Sequence record: MH791409.1
Source: Escherichia phage EcWhh-1
Reading direction: 5' to 3' (one strand)
Length of the DNA stretch: 64,000 bases
Below are positions 44,090 through 53,101 of the stretch, in pieces. The stretch's first letter is position 1, and each line of letters opens with the position of its first letter. The position numbers and the translations under genes are program-made. The notes below the pieces were generated by a model. That model saw only the letters and a list, made by a program, of their open reading frames with translations. It ran no database searches and had not been told where the DNA came from.

Positions 44090-44938
44090 TTAATCCTTAA
44101 GAAGATTTAGGATATCGATATATTTTTGACGTTCAGCCTTAGCTTTAGCATTCAGACCAGAGAGTCGGAAAATCTCATCATCTTGTTGTTGGATTGTAAC
44201 ATTCAAGCAAGTAAGCAAATTGCTAAAATACTCAATCTGGGCTTGATGCTTCTCATTGCTGCGCACTGGCACAGGTTCCGGTTTAGGAGCTTGTTCTGAA
44301 GGCTCTTCAGTCAGGTCTTTAATTTGGTACAGTTTAATACGCTGACCCGCTCCAGTTTCGGCATCACCAAAACTAAGAACACCATGCCGTTCTAATTCAG
44401 ACAGGGCTAAGCGCAGGTGGAACTTCCAGTTGTCATATTGACAACCACTATAAGTGGAAACAATATACCCACCATGTTCAGGTATTTGACTTTTAATAAT
44501 ATTAAAGACAATCCAATCGCCTGAACCATTGGTCTTAAAGGTCATTTGTTTATCAAGACCTTTTGCAAGGCGAGCGCCAAGAGCCAGTAGACGCCGTTGG
44601 TTGGCATGAAGGTCTTGAACAACTTCGTCAAATGACATCGCCGGGATTAAACGACCATAAAGGTCGTAGCCTTTGTTATAATTTTTAAGAATAATTTTGG
44701 CATTAGCACGAGACAACATACCTGTTTTACGAAGAGTTTTCATGACTCGGTCTTCTAACGTAAACGAACCTTTAGTCTTGTCAAAGATTTTAGTGAAGTC
44801 ATCTTTAACAGTACAAACATTGAACTTGTCCCACATCATATATAGAACCCTTTCAACCACTTCATTAGAACTCGGAATAAAACCAAAATTAATAACTTTT
44901 TTAACTTCAGAACGAATTTGATTAATTGCCTGTGACAT
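44090..44938 (-). CDS. hypothetical protein with C-terminal coiled coil
   Basis: 282 aa; ends ...ERQKYIDILNLLKD. Confidence 0.5.
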   Translation of the reverse strand: MSQAINQIRSEVKKVINFGFIPSSNEVVERVLYMMWDKFNVCTVKDDFTKIFDKTKGSFTLEDRVMKTLRKTGMLSRANAKIILKNYNKGYDLYGRLIPAMSFDEVVQDLHANQRRLLALGARLAKGLDKQMTFKTNGSGDWIVFNIIKSQIPEHGGYIVSTYSGCQYDNWKFHLRLALSELERHGVLSFGDAETGAGQRIKLYQIKDLTEEPSEQAPKPEPVPVRSNEKHQAQIEYFSNLLTCLNVTIQQQDDEIFRLSGLNAKAKAERQKYIDILNLLKD

Positions 44939-45001
44939 AATAATTTCCTCAGTAAGTAATTAAGAACCTAGAACCATTATACCATCCTTGGTATAAAGCG
45001 T

Positions 45002-45526
45002 TTATGCGAGAACCGTCTTTAAACGCTCTTCAAATTTCTGAAGCAGAGCTTGGCGTTCAGCTCGTTGTGATTTGTACTGCTCGATACGACCTGAAGTGAG
45101 GGCGTACTGTTCGTTTACTGATTCCCGCATGAATTCAGGAATCTCTTTACACGCTTTGATTTCGTCAAACTTATCAATAACCGCTTGTTCCTCGGCAATC
45201 AGATTATCGAAATAAGCGATATCAGATTTAACATTTGCCAGGTCGGATTCAGTAGGCATTAAACGTTTGTTACGTTCAGCTTGATAAGCTTGATTGTTTT
45301 CACGGCTCCAGTAAAGAATACGTTTTTTGTTAGTGTTTTTATAGAGCTCTACAATACCAACTGAATCGATGATAGCAATCCAGTTCCAACGGCTTTTGTA
45401 AATCTCTCCTCCAGATACGGTAATCTCATTACCACAAGCAACGTCGTTAAAGAACTTGCTTTGTTTTTCAGATTTGAAATTACCATTATTAAAATTAATC
45501 AGTGAAAAAATATCTTTAGCGTTCAT
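45002..45526 (-). CDS. hypothetical protein
   Basis: track ORF 174 aa. Confidence 0.45.
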   Translation of the reverse strand: MNAKDIFSLINFNNGNFKSEKQSKFFNDVACGNEITVSGGEIYKSRWNWIAIIDSVGIVELYKNTNKKRILYWSRENNQAYQAERNKRLMPTESDLANVKSDIAYFDNLIAEEQAVIDKFDEIKACKEIPEFMRESVNEQYALTSGRIEQYKSQRAERQALLQKFEERLKTVLA

Positions 45527-45552
45527 GATAACCTCCAGTAGTTGATAGGTCT

Positions 45553-45581
45553 ATAGTATCATTTCTACTGGAGATGTAAAC
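45553..45581 (-). promoter_or_regulatory. early-type promoter cassette
   Basis: minus strand GTTTACATCTCCAGTAGAAATGATACTATAGACCTATCAACTACTGGAGG with inverted repeat CTCCAGTAG/CTACTGGAG. Confidence 0.5.
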
Positions 45582-45583
45582 AA

Positions 45584-45925
45584 CTAATAGAAACTTTTTT
45601 CACCGGATTGACCACTAAACCAAGCGGATTGGGTGTTCTCTTTCCGTTGGTGTTTAATACGAATAAGGTATTCATTCCTGATGGCGCAGAGTTCACCTCG
45701 GAAGTCGCCTGCCAACTTTACCTGCTTACGGTCTAGATTTATTAAGGCCTGAGTCTTAGCGGCCAAGGCCAGTCTCTTGTAGTCTCCTTCTTCACAATCG
45801 GTTTTATAAACCTTTTCGGCGAATTTGTATTTAAATTCATTATCATAGTCCTCGACGGACTGTTTCATGGCATTAGAGTACTTCAACTCTGCTTTTATAA
45901 GGTCGTAACTAAATTGTTCGAACAT
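45584..45925 (-). CDS. hypothetical protein
   Basis: track ORF 113 aa. Confidence 0.4.
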   Translation of the reverse strand: MFEQFSYDLIKAELKYSNAMKQSVEDYDNEFKYKFAEKVYKTDCEEGDYKRLALAAKTQALINLDRKQVKLAGDFRGELCAIRNEYLIRIKHQRKENTQSAWFSGQSGEKSFY

Positions 45926-45935
45926 AATTTCACCT

Positions 45936-46931
45936 TTATTTCAGAAGTGTAACTTCAGCGATTTCGTTCCAGTCATTTTTATCAGTGGCAATGAAGTCCG
46001 CCAGATAAAGAGCTGTACGTAATGATACGTTACGAAGACGAGATACATTAGCCTTCATCCATGCTAAAGCTTGATAAGTCTCAGCATCAGTCAGACCTCG
46101 ATTTTGCATCATATCAGTGGACAGGATAACGTCTTCAACACGAACCATAATCTCTTCGTTCGAGTGAACTCCGAGGTCTAAGTAAACTGAACGAGATACT
46201 AAAGCCTGGAGGTGTGGAGCAAGTTTAGTTCCACGCTCTAATTCACGGTCAATATCAACGTTGGTGATGAACACGATGGTGCCTTCGTATTCGAATTCTT
46301 TATCGATATTTTTATCATCGAGGTAAGAACTTGAAGTGCTCCAGCACACTTTACGTTTTTCACCAGTATCCAATGCTGCTTTTAACAGGTTCAGGATATC
46401 CATATCAGAGAATACATCAACATCATCGATAAGAAGAACACTATTAGGGCCGCGGTTATTCCAAAGCTGCTCGTAAAGACCGATTCCACTAATCTTTCCG
46501 TTGATTGATTTATATTCGATAGTTTCATTTTCGTGGGCATTTTGTAATGCTTTATCCAAAGAATACGTTTTACCAATACCTGCGGCACCAGAGATGATAA
46601 GGGAACGAATTTTACCATCGATGATTCCGTTGGTCATCATGTTCATTACTTTAAAACGTTTGTTGATGCGATGTTTCATTTCTTCAGCGGATTCAGTAAT
46701 CACTACAGGAGCTTCAGTACCTTCCATTTCAACGTCACATTTGAACACCCATACACCACGTTCAACACCATCAATCTGTACGAATACCTTGCCATCACCG
46801 AGGTGAGCTTCGGATTCATGAATTTTATTTGGGAACCAGGTTTTACCTGAACTCATGAACGTACCAGAGATTTCATTACCGCGATAGATACCTTTGTTGA
46901 TTTTGATAGTTAACATTTTATTCTCCTTCAC
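45936..46931 (-). CDS. P-loop (AAA-like) ATPase
   Basis: 331 aa; Walker A ISGAAGIGKTYS, Walker B VLLIDDVDVF, sensor-like FITN. Confidence 0.55.
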   Translation of the reverse strand: MKENKMLTIKINKGIYRGNEISGTFMSSGKTWFPNKIHESEAHLGDGKVFVQIDGVERGVWVFKCDVEMEGTEAPVVITESAEEMKHRINKRFKVMNMMTNGIIDGKIRSLIISGAAGIGKTYSLDKALQNAHENETIEYKSINGKISGIGLYEQLWNNRGPNSVLLIDDVDVFSDMDILNLLKAALDTGEKRKVCWSTSSSYLDDKNIDKEFEYEGTIVFITNVDIDRELERGTKLAPHLQALVSRSVYLDLGVHSNEEIMVRVEDVILSTDMMQNRGLTDAETYQALAWMKANVSRLRNVSLRTALYLADFIATDKNDWNEIAEVTLLK

Positions 46932-46951
46932 TCAGTAGATTTGATAGGTCT

Positions 46952-46980
46952 ATAATAACATGTTTGAAATGGATGTACAC
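46952..46980 (-). promoter_or_regulatory. early-type promoter variant (GTGTAC / TG-n-TATTAT)
   Basis: minus strand GTGTACATCCATTTCAAACATGTTATTATAGACCTATCAAATC. Confidence 0.4.
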
Positions 46981-46982
46981 AC

Positions 46983-47213
46983 TTATTTTGCAATAATTTC
47001 ACAGAAGCCATCTTTATAGCGGGCCCATGTTTCACCATTTACTGTATAAAGAGCAGCTTTACGACCATTAGGCATAACAACTTGTTTACCTTTGTTTTTA
47101 GTTACAGCTTCAATAATTTCGTATTCTTCGGCACGATCAGCTTTAAATGTATCTTCCAGAGCGATCAAGTTAGTAGTGTAAGAACCGTATTTGTAATTTT
47201 TGATAGCGTACAT
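46983..47213 (-). CDS. hypothetical protein
   Basis: track ORF 76 aa. Confidence 0.4.
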   Translation of the reverse strand: MYAIKNYKYGSYTTNLIALEDTFKADRAEEYEIIEAVTKNKGKQVVMPNGRKAALYTVNGETWARYKDGFCEIIAK

Positions 47214-47263
47214 TTTTATATCTCCGTTTGGTTTAAGTTTTCAGCTCTTTAGCTGATAGGTCT

Positions 47264-47291
47264 ATAATAACATGTTTAAAGCAGATGTACA
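47264..47291 (-). promoter_or_regulatory. early-type promoter variant (GTGTAC / TATTAT)
   Basis: near-duplicate of the 46952..46980 cassette: GTGTACATCTGCTTTAAACATGTTATTATAGACCTATCAGC. Confidence 0.4.
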
Positions 47292-47311
47292 CTACTTTTT
47301 TGCACTAAACC

Positions 47312-47333
47312 CAAAAAAGGCCCGAAGGCCTTT
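47312..47333 (-). terminator. rho-independent terminator (symmetric A-run / T-run)
   Basis: AAAAAAGGCCCGAAGGCCTTTT immediately 3' of the stop of 47336..48346. Confidence 0.5.
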
Positions 47334-47335
47334 TA

Positions 47336-48346
47336 TCATTTATAATACGAGTTATGGTTTTCTAGGTAAACCTGCTCAACGAACTTGTCCCAGAACTTCA
47401 TATCTACCTTATCAGGCATACCGTTCTTAGCTGCCCAGATGGCATTGGTTTCGACTTCATCAACTATAGCTTCGAGCTCAGCCTGTACATCTTTAAAAGC
47501 ATGTAGCCCCTGTTTGATTTCAAGGATAAATGGTGCTGTTCGTAAAGGATATTGAAGGTCACCGGTCATATAGATTTCCTTCAACTGATATCCAGCACGA
47601 TAAGCATGGCTCAGAGCTTTCCAGTCAATACCTTCATTAGCTTCAGCCTTACGAGCACGTTCGCCATATTCTGCATCAAGTTTATTCAGAGATTGCTTAA
47701 GCTCGACCAATGACAGAGTAGTTTGGTACTTACGTCCGAGGACAGTATAGAACGTTTGAGGACCTGTTTTCTCGTGGTTATGAAATACCCATTCACAGAA
47801 CTCGTTTTCAGGGAGCCGGTGCTTAATATCTTCTACCTTAGTACGTCGTTGCTTAGTAGAACCATCTTCTTGATAATCAACCCACTGTTCAGGAATCTGG
47901 TTAACGATAGCCAGTACACCACGCAGAGCAGCCAGACGAGAACCCTTAACACCATATTTAGAAGCTTGCTTACGAACGTACCCTAAATAGGCTTTCATGT
48001 TGGTTGTATAGAACCGAGAACGATTGTCTTGGATAAATTTCCATACATCAGGTAAATCAGATTTAACCACCAGTTCAGGTGGAGTATGAATCATGTCCAG
48101 AGCAACTGTTTCGCCATCAGCCGCTAGTTTAAAGAAATATTTCAGGCTGTAAAGCTCGTGGTCGACATCATCTTTAGTGTTTTTGGAAGCAGTGTTATTC
48201 GTGTTCAGGTTGGTATGGTTCATAGCCGTACCTAACAGAATATCACGCGGATGCGGAACAAAGATTTCTTTAAAATCGACATCAGATTCCGGAGTACTTG
48301 TTCCATAAAGGTGGCTACCGAAGTAGCCTTTCATAACTGTTCTCAT
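47336..48346 (-). CDS. Pol-beta-superfamily nucleotidyltransferase-fold protein
   Basis: 336 aa; N-terminal GSHLYGTSTPESDVDFKEIFVP fits the GS-x(9-13)-D-x-D nucleotidyltransferase signature; helical C-terminal half. Confidence 0.5.
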   Translation of the reverse strand: MRTVMKGYFGSHLYGTSTPESDVDFKEIFVPHPRDILLGTAMNHTNLNTNNTASKNTKDDVDHELYSLKYFFKLAADGETVALDMIHTPPELVVKSDLPDVWKFIQDNRSRFYTTNMKAYLGYVRKQASKYGVKGSRLAALRGVLAIVNQIPEQWVDYQEDGSTKQRRTKVEDIKHRLPENEFCEWVFHNHEKTGPQTFYTVLGRKYQTTLSLVELKQSLNKLDAEYGERARKAEANEGIDWKALSHAYRAGYQLKEIYMTGDLQYPLRTAPFILEIKQGLHAFKDVQAELEAIVDEVETNAIWAAKNGMPDKVDMKFWDKFVEQVYLENHNSYYK

Positions 48347-48795
48347 TCTTTATTCTCGAAGTGGATTACAGGGCAGACCTTAGATTTACGAGCTTTGATA
48401 TATTGGATGACAACGTTTTCTTTAGTTTCTCGGCCTTCACGCTCAGCTTGAATACGTTGCCATTCCTTTTCTTCTCTACGGGCATCATACCATGAGTGTA
48501 AATTCATCGCACCGAATGCCAAACCAATGGATAGCGCAATAATAAGAGATATTGCAACCAACCCTAAAACAAACCCGAGACTCAACAGAACAGGGGTACT
48601 TAATACAAAGAAATGCTCTAATACACCAGCACCTGCAACAGTTAATCCAAAAAGCGTACTACCTGCAACAACAGCACAAGCAAAACAAGCCCAAACCATT
48701 TTCCAGAAGTAAGCACACAAAGAGTGTGGTCGAGAATGGCGGTCATAAAAACGGTCGTGTAATTTAACGTGCCAAGAGTTTGTATTGATAATCAT
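48343..48795 (-). CDS. integral membrane protein
   Basis: 150 aa with at least three hydrophobic helices. Confidence 0.45.
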   Translation of the reverse strand: MIINTNSWHVKLHDRFYDRHSRPHSLCAYFWKMVWACFACAVVAGSTLFGLTVAGAGVLEHFFVLSTPVLLSLGFVLGLVAISLIIALSIGLAFGAMNLHSWYDARREEKEWQRIQAEREGRETKENVVIQYIKARKSKVCPVIHFENKE

Positions 48796-48804
48796 AATAT
48801 TTCC

Positions 48805-49365
48805 TTAAGAGTTCATAGTTGGGATAACAGAGTTCAGATAAGAGACTAAAGCTTTGAGCTCGTCCTTAGTAAATACCACTTCATTTTCACCGTCGTGTCT
48901 TTGGGTCAAGGATAGCAAATCACGACCCTGATGTTGATACACAGACAATTCGGTGTCATAATCCATTTCTTCTTCATCACCTTCAAAGGTTTCACTAGAA
49001 CGAATTACCGCATCTTGGCCAGGGACTTTCCATTCAACTTCTGGATGGCATTCTTCCTGGAACAGTTTAAAAATATATTTAAAGAAATTAGCAGAATCAC
49101 TAATGCTTAGACATTCCCCATCCGTTTCCAAATTAAACCCGTTGTCATGGTTATAAATCTGGGCCCACATATCATCGTTAATATTAAATACACCTCTAAA
49201 ACTACCATTAAGATATTGGTGTTTGTCCAAAACCTTTAAATCGTAAAGTGGTTTGATATCTTGGATAGTCAGTACGATTTTATCGTCTTCTTGTGAAAGC
49301 ACAATTGCATTATCAACTACTTCAGCGGTCAGGTCACCAAACAACCCAGATGTTTCAATAATCAT
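48805..49365 (-). CDS. hypothetical acidic protein
   Basis: track ORF 186 aa. Confidence 0.45.
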   Translation of the reverse strand: MIIETSGLFGDLTAEVVDNAIVLSQEDDKIVLTIQDIKPLYDLKVLDKHQYLNGSFRGVFNINDDMWAQIYNHDNGFNLETDGECLSISDSANFFKYIFKLFQEECHPEVEWKVPGQDAVIRSSETFEGDEEEMDYDTELSVYQHQGRDLLSLTQRHDGENEVVFTKDELKALVSYLNSVIPTMNS

Positions 49366-49375
49366 TTTCCGTTCC

Positions 49376-49558
49376 TCATTTCACATTTTGTTTAATAAAA
49401 TTTAACAACTCTTTAAGAGCTTCATCTTCTTCTTTAGAAAGCCTGCTACATTCACTAGCTGGGTAATCATTGCAAAACGCAGTTTCAAATCTGGCCACTG
49501 CTCCAGCATATGACTCGATAAGCTCTTCAAGTTTTAAATGCTTTTCTTCGGTTTTCAT
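49376..49558 (-). CDS. hypothetical small protein
   Basis: track ORF 60 aa. Confidence 0.35.
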   Translation of the reverse strand: MKTEEKHLKLEELIESYAGAVARFETAFCNDYPASECSRLSKEEDEALKELLNFIKQNVK

Positions 49559-49561
49559 AAA

Positions 49562-49834
49562 TCACCGGTTGTGTTTTAAAATACTATAAAGCTCTTCGAC
49601 CTGGCTTGCGTTCAGACAAATCATATCATTTTCTTGTTGGAGCGTAATTCCACCTTTTTCTTCCCAATCTTTAACAAAGATGTCATCGTCAGACTCTTCA
49701 ACATCGGCCAAAAGGACGATAATACCGTCTTCAGAATTACCACTCGGATCGTATAACATTACAGTTTCCTCGCTAACCATGAAAAGAATAAACCAATTAA
49801 AACAGGCCCTACAGCCATTGTTAGCCAAGCCCAA
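49562..49834 (-). CDS. hypothetical protein
   Basis: track ORF 90 aa. Confidence 0.35.
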   Translation of the reverse strand: MGLANNGCRACFNWFILFMVSEETVMLYDPSGNSEDGIIVLLADVEESDDDIFVKDWEEKGGITLQQENDMICLNASQVEELYSILKHNR

Positions 49835-49878
49835 GGTTCAAGATAGTAAATCATCTCATGCTCCTGTGCCATCAGCCA

Positions 49879-50061
49879 TTATGCTTTCAATTCTTCTAAA
49901 TAATCAACCAAAGCCTGTTTTGATTTAGCCAAATCTCGTTTACACCGTTCTATTCCAGAATATGAATAACCTTCACACATCTCAACCGCAAGGTCGTTAG
50001 AATCTCTTTCAATTTCAATAGCCAATTTAAGAATTTTTGCACACTGTTCAGTAGTTAACAT
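49879..50061 (-). CDS. hypothetical small protein
   Basis: track ORF 60 aa. Confidence 0.35.
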   Translation of the reverse strand: MLTTEQCAKILKLAIEIERDSNDLAVEMCEGYSYSGIERCKRDLAKSKQALVDYLEELKA

Positions 50062-50065
50062 AATA

Positions 50066-50302
50066 TCACCAGTATTTGTTGATAGTAGAAATTAATTCTT
50101 GGGCTTGGGCTGTATTCAGTTTACACCCACAACCCTTTAATGTGTCTTTAAGGAGCCACGGTTCCTTGAGCTCGTCCTTTTCCAGACGAATTCTGTATCC
50201 TCGATAATCGGCAAAGATACTTCGGTCGTCGAATATCTTAATCTCAAGGATACGACCATTGATTTCATATTCTAATGAAACCGTAGTACTTGTAAGTTTC
50301 AT
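50066..50302 (-). CDS. hypothetical protein
   Basis: track ORF 78 aa. Confidence 0.4.
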   Translation of the reverse strand: MKLTSTTVSLEYEINGRILEIKIFDDRSIFADYRGYRIRLEKDELKEPWLLKDTLKGCGCKLNTAQAQELISTINKYW

Positions 50303-50315
50303 ACTGTTTTCCTCA

Positions 50316-50546
50316 TTAAATTTTTTCGAATAATGCTAAAGCTTTTTCGATAGCTACAGATTTAGTACCAATAACCATTTTAGGCTGGTATTGGAACTTA
50401 GTAGCTTCGTAAACTTCTAAACCGGTTACTTTACCATTTTGTTCGATAATAGCAAAGGTGGCGTTTTCAAAATCTTCAGCTTTAACTTTAAGTGCTTTAG
50501 AAGCTTTAGCGATATCGATAACTTTCAGGTTGGTGATGGTTTTCAT
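50316..50546 (-). CDS. hypothetical protein
   Basis: track ORF 76 aa, directly downstream of a promoter cassette. Confidence 0.4.
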   Translation of the reverse strand: MKTITNLKVIDIAKASKALKVKAEDFENATFAIIEQNGKVTGLEVYEATKFQYQPKMVIGTKSVAIEKALALFEKI

Positions 50547-50574
50547 TTTGTTCTCCTCATTAGTTGGTAGGTCT

Positions 50575-50603
50575 ATAGTATCATGTTCCTAGAGGATGTA
50601 AAC
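50575..50603 (-). promoter_or_regulatory. early-type promoter cassette
   Basis: minus strand GTTTACATCCTCTAGGAACATGATACTATAGACCTACCAACTAATGAGGAG. Confidence 0.5.
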
Positions 50604-50612
50604 ACCTAAACG

Positions 50613-50642
50613 AAAAAAGGTCCCACCGAAGTGAGACCTTTG
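50613..50642 (-). terminator. rho-independent terminator
   Basis: minus strand AAAGGTCTCACTTCGGTGGGACCTTTTTTCG hairpin plus T-run, directly after the stop of 50644..51027. Confidence 0.45.
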
Positions 50643-50643
50643 A

Positions 50644-51027
50644 TTATTCTAACGTCAGCAAATACTTAGTCTGGTAAAAGACGCCAGTGATATCGTCCAA
50701 AGTCGACTGGATGGCCTTGGGAAGGGTGTCATAGATTTTATCAGTTGCTTTAAGAAGCTCATCAAGGAAATCTACAGGGTCCTTAGGCAAGTCTGAAGCA
50801 GACGGTAATGATGCTTTATATTCTTTGCCACTGAATCCAAGATATTGCTCACTAAATTGGTCCAGAGGTCCTTGAACTTCTACATAATAGAAGTCATACG
50901 CTTTGTGTCTTGCATAGCTTTTGGTTTCTAAATGGGCTGACTTAAAATAGGCTAAAGAAACCAGTAGCCAACCAATATAAGAATCCACTTCAGACCCTCG
51001 ACCGGGTACGAAATCATTGAATTTCAT
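50644..51027 (-). CDS. hypothetical protein (rI.-1 position)
   Basis: track ORF 127 aa. Confidence 0.4.
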   Translation of the reverse strand: MKFNDFVPGRGSEVDSYIGWLLVSLAYFKSAHLETKSYARHKAYDFYYVEVQGPLDQFSEQYLGFSGKEYKASLPSASDLPKDPVDFLDELLKATDKIYDTLPKAIQSTLDDITGVFYQTKYLLTLE

Positions 51028-51307
51028 CTTCTACCTTCATTAGTTTTGCATAACGCTCTCCGATGGCACGACCTTCAATTGAGCATGCTTCTATAGTCCG
51101 ACAACTTGAATTCTTCCAGGAAGCCGTAACATAGGCCCAATAGTCTTCGGAGGCCTTTACGCTTGGTCTACTCATTTGCGCATAAACAGGCATCGCACTA
51201 CTAGCAAACGCGTCCATCAATTTATCATTGGTATCATTTGCTAGTGAAACTGAAGGGCCTAAACATCCCGCCATAAGGATACAAGCCGCTGTACGGAAAA
51301 TATCCAT
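51014..51307 (-). CDS. rI: lysis-inhibition regulator RI-like (periplasmic antiholin)
   Basis: 97 aa, same length as T4 RI; N-terminal hydrophobic signal-anchor and C-terminal CRTIEACSIEGRAIGERYAKLM resembling T4 RI CSSDFECIERGAEMAQSYARIM. Confidence 0.55.
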   Translation of the reverse strand: MDIFRTAACILMAGCLGPSVSLANDTNDKLMDAFASSAMPVYAQMSRPSVKASEDYWAYVTASWKNSSCRTIEACSIEGRAIGERYAKLMKVEDEIQ

Positions 51308-51399
51308 ACAAATGTCCTTTGTTGTTTTATACTATTTGCCTTTCGGCCTTAACCGATAGCGATTACCAAAAGCTAAAGCTCTACGGTTAGTATTATTAT

Positions 51400-51678
51400 T
51401 TATAGCTTTTTAAGCTTACGACAATAAGAATAGAACACGTCGTTAAAATTATATTCAACCCAATTCCTCTGTATAGGCGAGGTAATGGAAAGCATATAAT
51501 GCGCTTTAATTAAATCCATCCCATTTTTATTAGGACACTCTTTATTATTAGCATTATACGTCGCTGCTACAACCTCTATCTCTCTTTTGTAAGCCACATC
51601 ATCCATGATAGGCGAAAGAACAATATAAGAAATAGCCACAGCGAACGCTAGAATTAAAATCTTTGAATTTAGGTCCAT
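51400..51678 (-). CDS. membrane-anchored hypothetical protein
   Basis: 92 aa with N-terminal hydrophobic helix. Confidence 0.4.
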   Translation of the reverse strand: MDLNSKILILAFAVAISYIVLSPIMDDVAYKREIEVVAATYNANNKECPNKNGMDLIKAHYMLSITSPIQRNWVEYNFNDVFYSYCRKLKKL

Positions 51679-51685
51679 AGTACCC

Positions 51686-52258
51686 TCAACTCGTTATTTC
51701 TATCCAGTGCTTCCTGCACAATGACACGTAAGAATCGTTGCCACCTATAGAAACTTGGGCTCCGTCCTTAATTGCGATACCATCTTGGATACGAGCCGTC
51801 ATAGTAGCTTTACGGCCGCAATGGCACACACCTTTGTACTCAACGAGTTTATCTGCCGTAGCGAGTAATTCAGCAGAGCCAGGAAACAGTTTACCCTGAA
51901 AATCAGTTCTTAGTCCATAGCACATAACTGGAACATTATAATTGTCTACTATCTTTGCCAGTTGTTTTATCTGTACAGGTTCTAAGAATTGTGCTTCATC
52001 CACAAACACACAGTGGATATCTTTTTGAGATTCAGCCCAACGATAGAACTCGTATAGGTCCATATCCGGAGTCACTGCATTAGCCTCTTGGCTAATCCCT
52101 ATACGAGATGAAATGCTATGGCTTGATTCTCTATTGTCTATCGCAGGCTTTAAAAGGAGTACGCCCATACCACGTTCTTTGTAGTTATGAGCGGCTGTTA
52201 GCAATGAAGCGGTCTTCCCGGAATTCATTGCTGCGTAGTGAAAATAAAGTTGGGCCAT
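51686..52258 (-). CDS. tk: thymidine kinase
   Basis: 190 aa; MAQLYFHYAAMNSGKTASLL (P-loop), VDEAQF, CYGLRTDFQG, zinc ribbon C.CGRKA...VSLCRKH; matches the TK family. Confidence 0.9.
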   Translation of the reverse strand: MAQLYFHYAAMNSGKTASLLTAAHNYKERGMGVLLLKPAIDNRESSHSISSRIGISQEANAVTPDMDLYEFYRWAESQKDIHCVFVDEAQFLEPVQIKQLAKIVDNYNVPVMCYGLRTDFQGKLFPGSAELLATADKLVEYKGVCHCGRKATMTARIQDGIAIKDGAQVSIGGNDSYVSLCRKHWIEITS

Positions 52259-52267
52259 ATTACCTTC

Positions 52268-52474
52268 TTAAAGACTATTTACATAAGCTATTAATTCATT
52301 TTCTTTCTCATCAAATCGATTGGCAAATTCTTCCTGGTGTTCGGCATCTATAGGGCCATATTCATCATAAAAAGAATTTGCTTCTGCATGCTCATCCAAA
52401 AGCTCATGGATAAGCTCAAATAATTTATCTTTCTGTTCTTTACTCAGACTCATAACCATTGCACCTTTAAGCAA
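52268..52474 (-). CDS. hypothetical small acidic protein
   Basis: track ORF 68 aa. Confidence 0.35.
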   Translation of the reverse strand: MLKGAMVMSLSKEQKDKLFELIHELLDEHAEANSFYDEYGPIDAEHQEEFANRFDEKENELIAYVNSL

Positions 52475-52662
52475 TATTCTTCTACATGATGTTTACGTTT
52501 ATTTTTATCTATAAAAGTATATTCAACGTATTCACCGATATACCATTTATCGGTGTTGTGTTGACTTTTTATAGGGCATTTAGTTACTCGGGTTTCAGTC
52601 CAACGTCGAATAATTTCCGCTTTGTTTTTAGGGTCAAACGGATGTGGGTAATGGGCTTTCAT
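52450..52662 (-). CDS. hypothetical small protein
   Basis: track ORF 70 aa. Confidence 0.35.
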   Translation of the reverse strand: MKAHYPHPFDPKNKAEIIRRWTETRVTKCPIKSQHNTDKWYIGEYVEYTFIDKNKRKHHVEEYCLKVQWL

Positions 52663-53101
52663 AATCTACCACCACTAAATTAATATCAGGAGTAAACAAA
52701 TTAATCAATTGATAAACCTTGTCCCAATCACCACCAGCAATACCACAACCGATACGAGGGATATAAATTCTTGGTTTAAACAAAAGACCCTTTGCGGTAC
52801 GGTTTAATTCTATCATACAGTTTACTAAAGCACCGTAATCAAGATTAGGACCTGGTTCGTATTGGGTGTATAAATTATAGCAAATTTGGCCCTTATTACC
52901 TGTGGCTTGAGTAAACGTGCCAAGTTTTTCCAAATGGCCTAAATAAGTGGTTTTATCGATAGCGAGAATAGGCGGATAAGCCTTAGCCAATTGTCCGGCT
53001 ACACCTGAACCCATTGTGTGGAAACAGTTGCACCCGTGCGCAACATTATTGCCTTGAAGAAACAGGGCGACGATATCGCCCTTAATATAATCAATAATCA
53101 T
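52634..53101 (-). CDS. macro-domain-like protein (ADP-ribose binding/processing fold)
   Basis: 155 aa; GDIVALFLQGNNVAHGCNCFHTMGSGVAGQL aligns with the macro motif GDIT...VNAAN..L.GGGGV.GAI, and IPRIGCGIAGG with the second glycine-rich macro motif. Confidence 0.5.
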   Translation of the reverse strand: MIIDYIKGDIVALFLQGNNVAHGCNCFHTMGSGVAGQLAKAYPPILAIDKTTYLGHLEKLGTFTQATGNKGQICYNLYTQYEPGPNLDYGALVNCMIELNRTAKGLLFKPRIYIPRIGCGIAGGDWDKVYQLINLFTPDINLVVVDYESPLPTSV

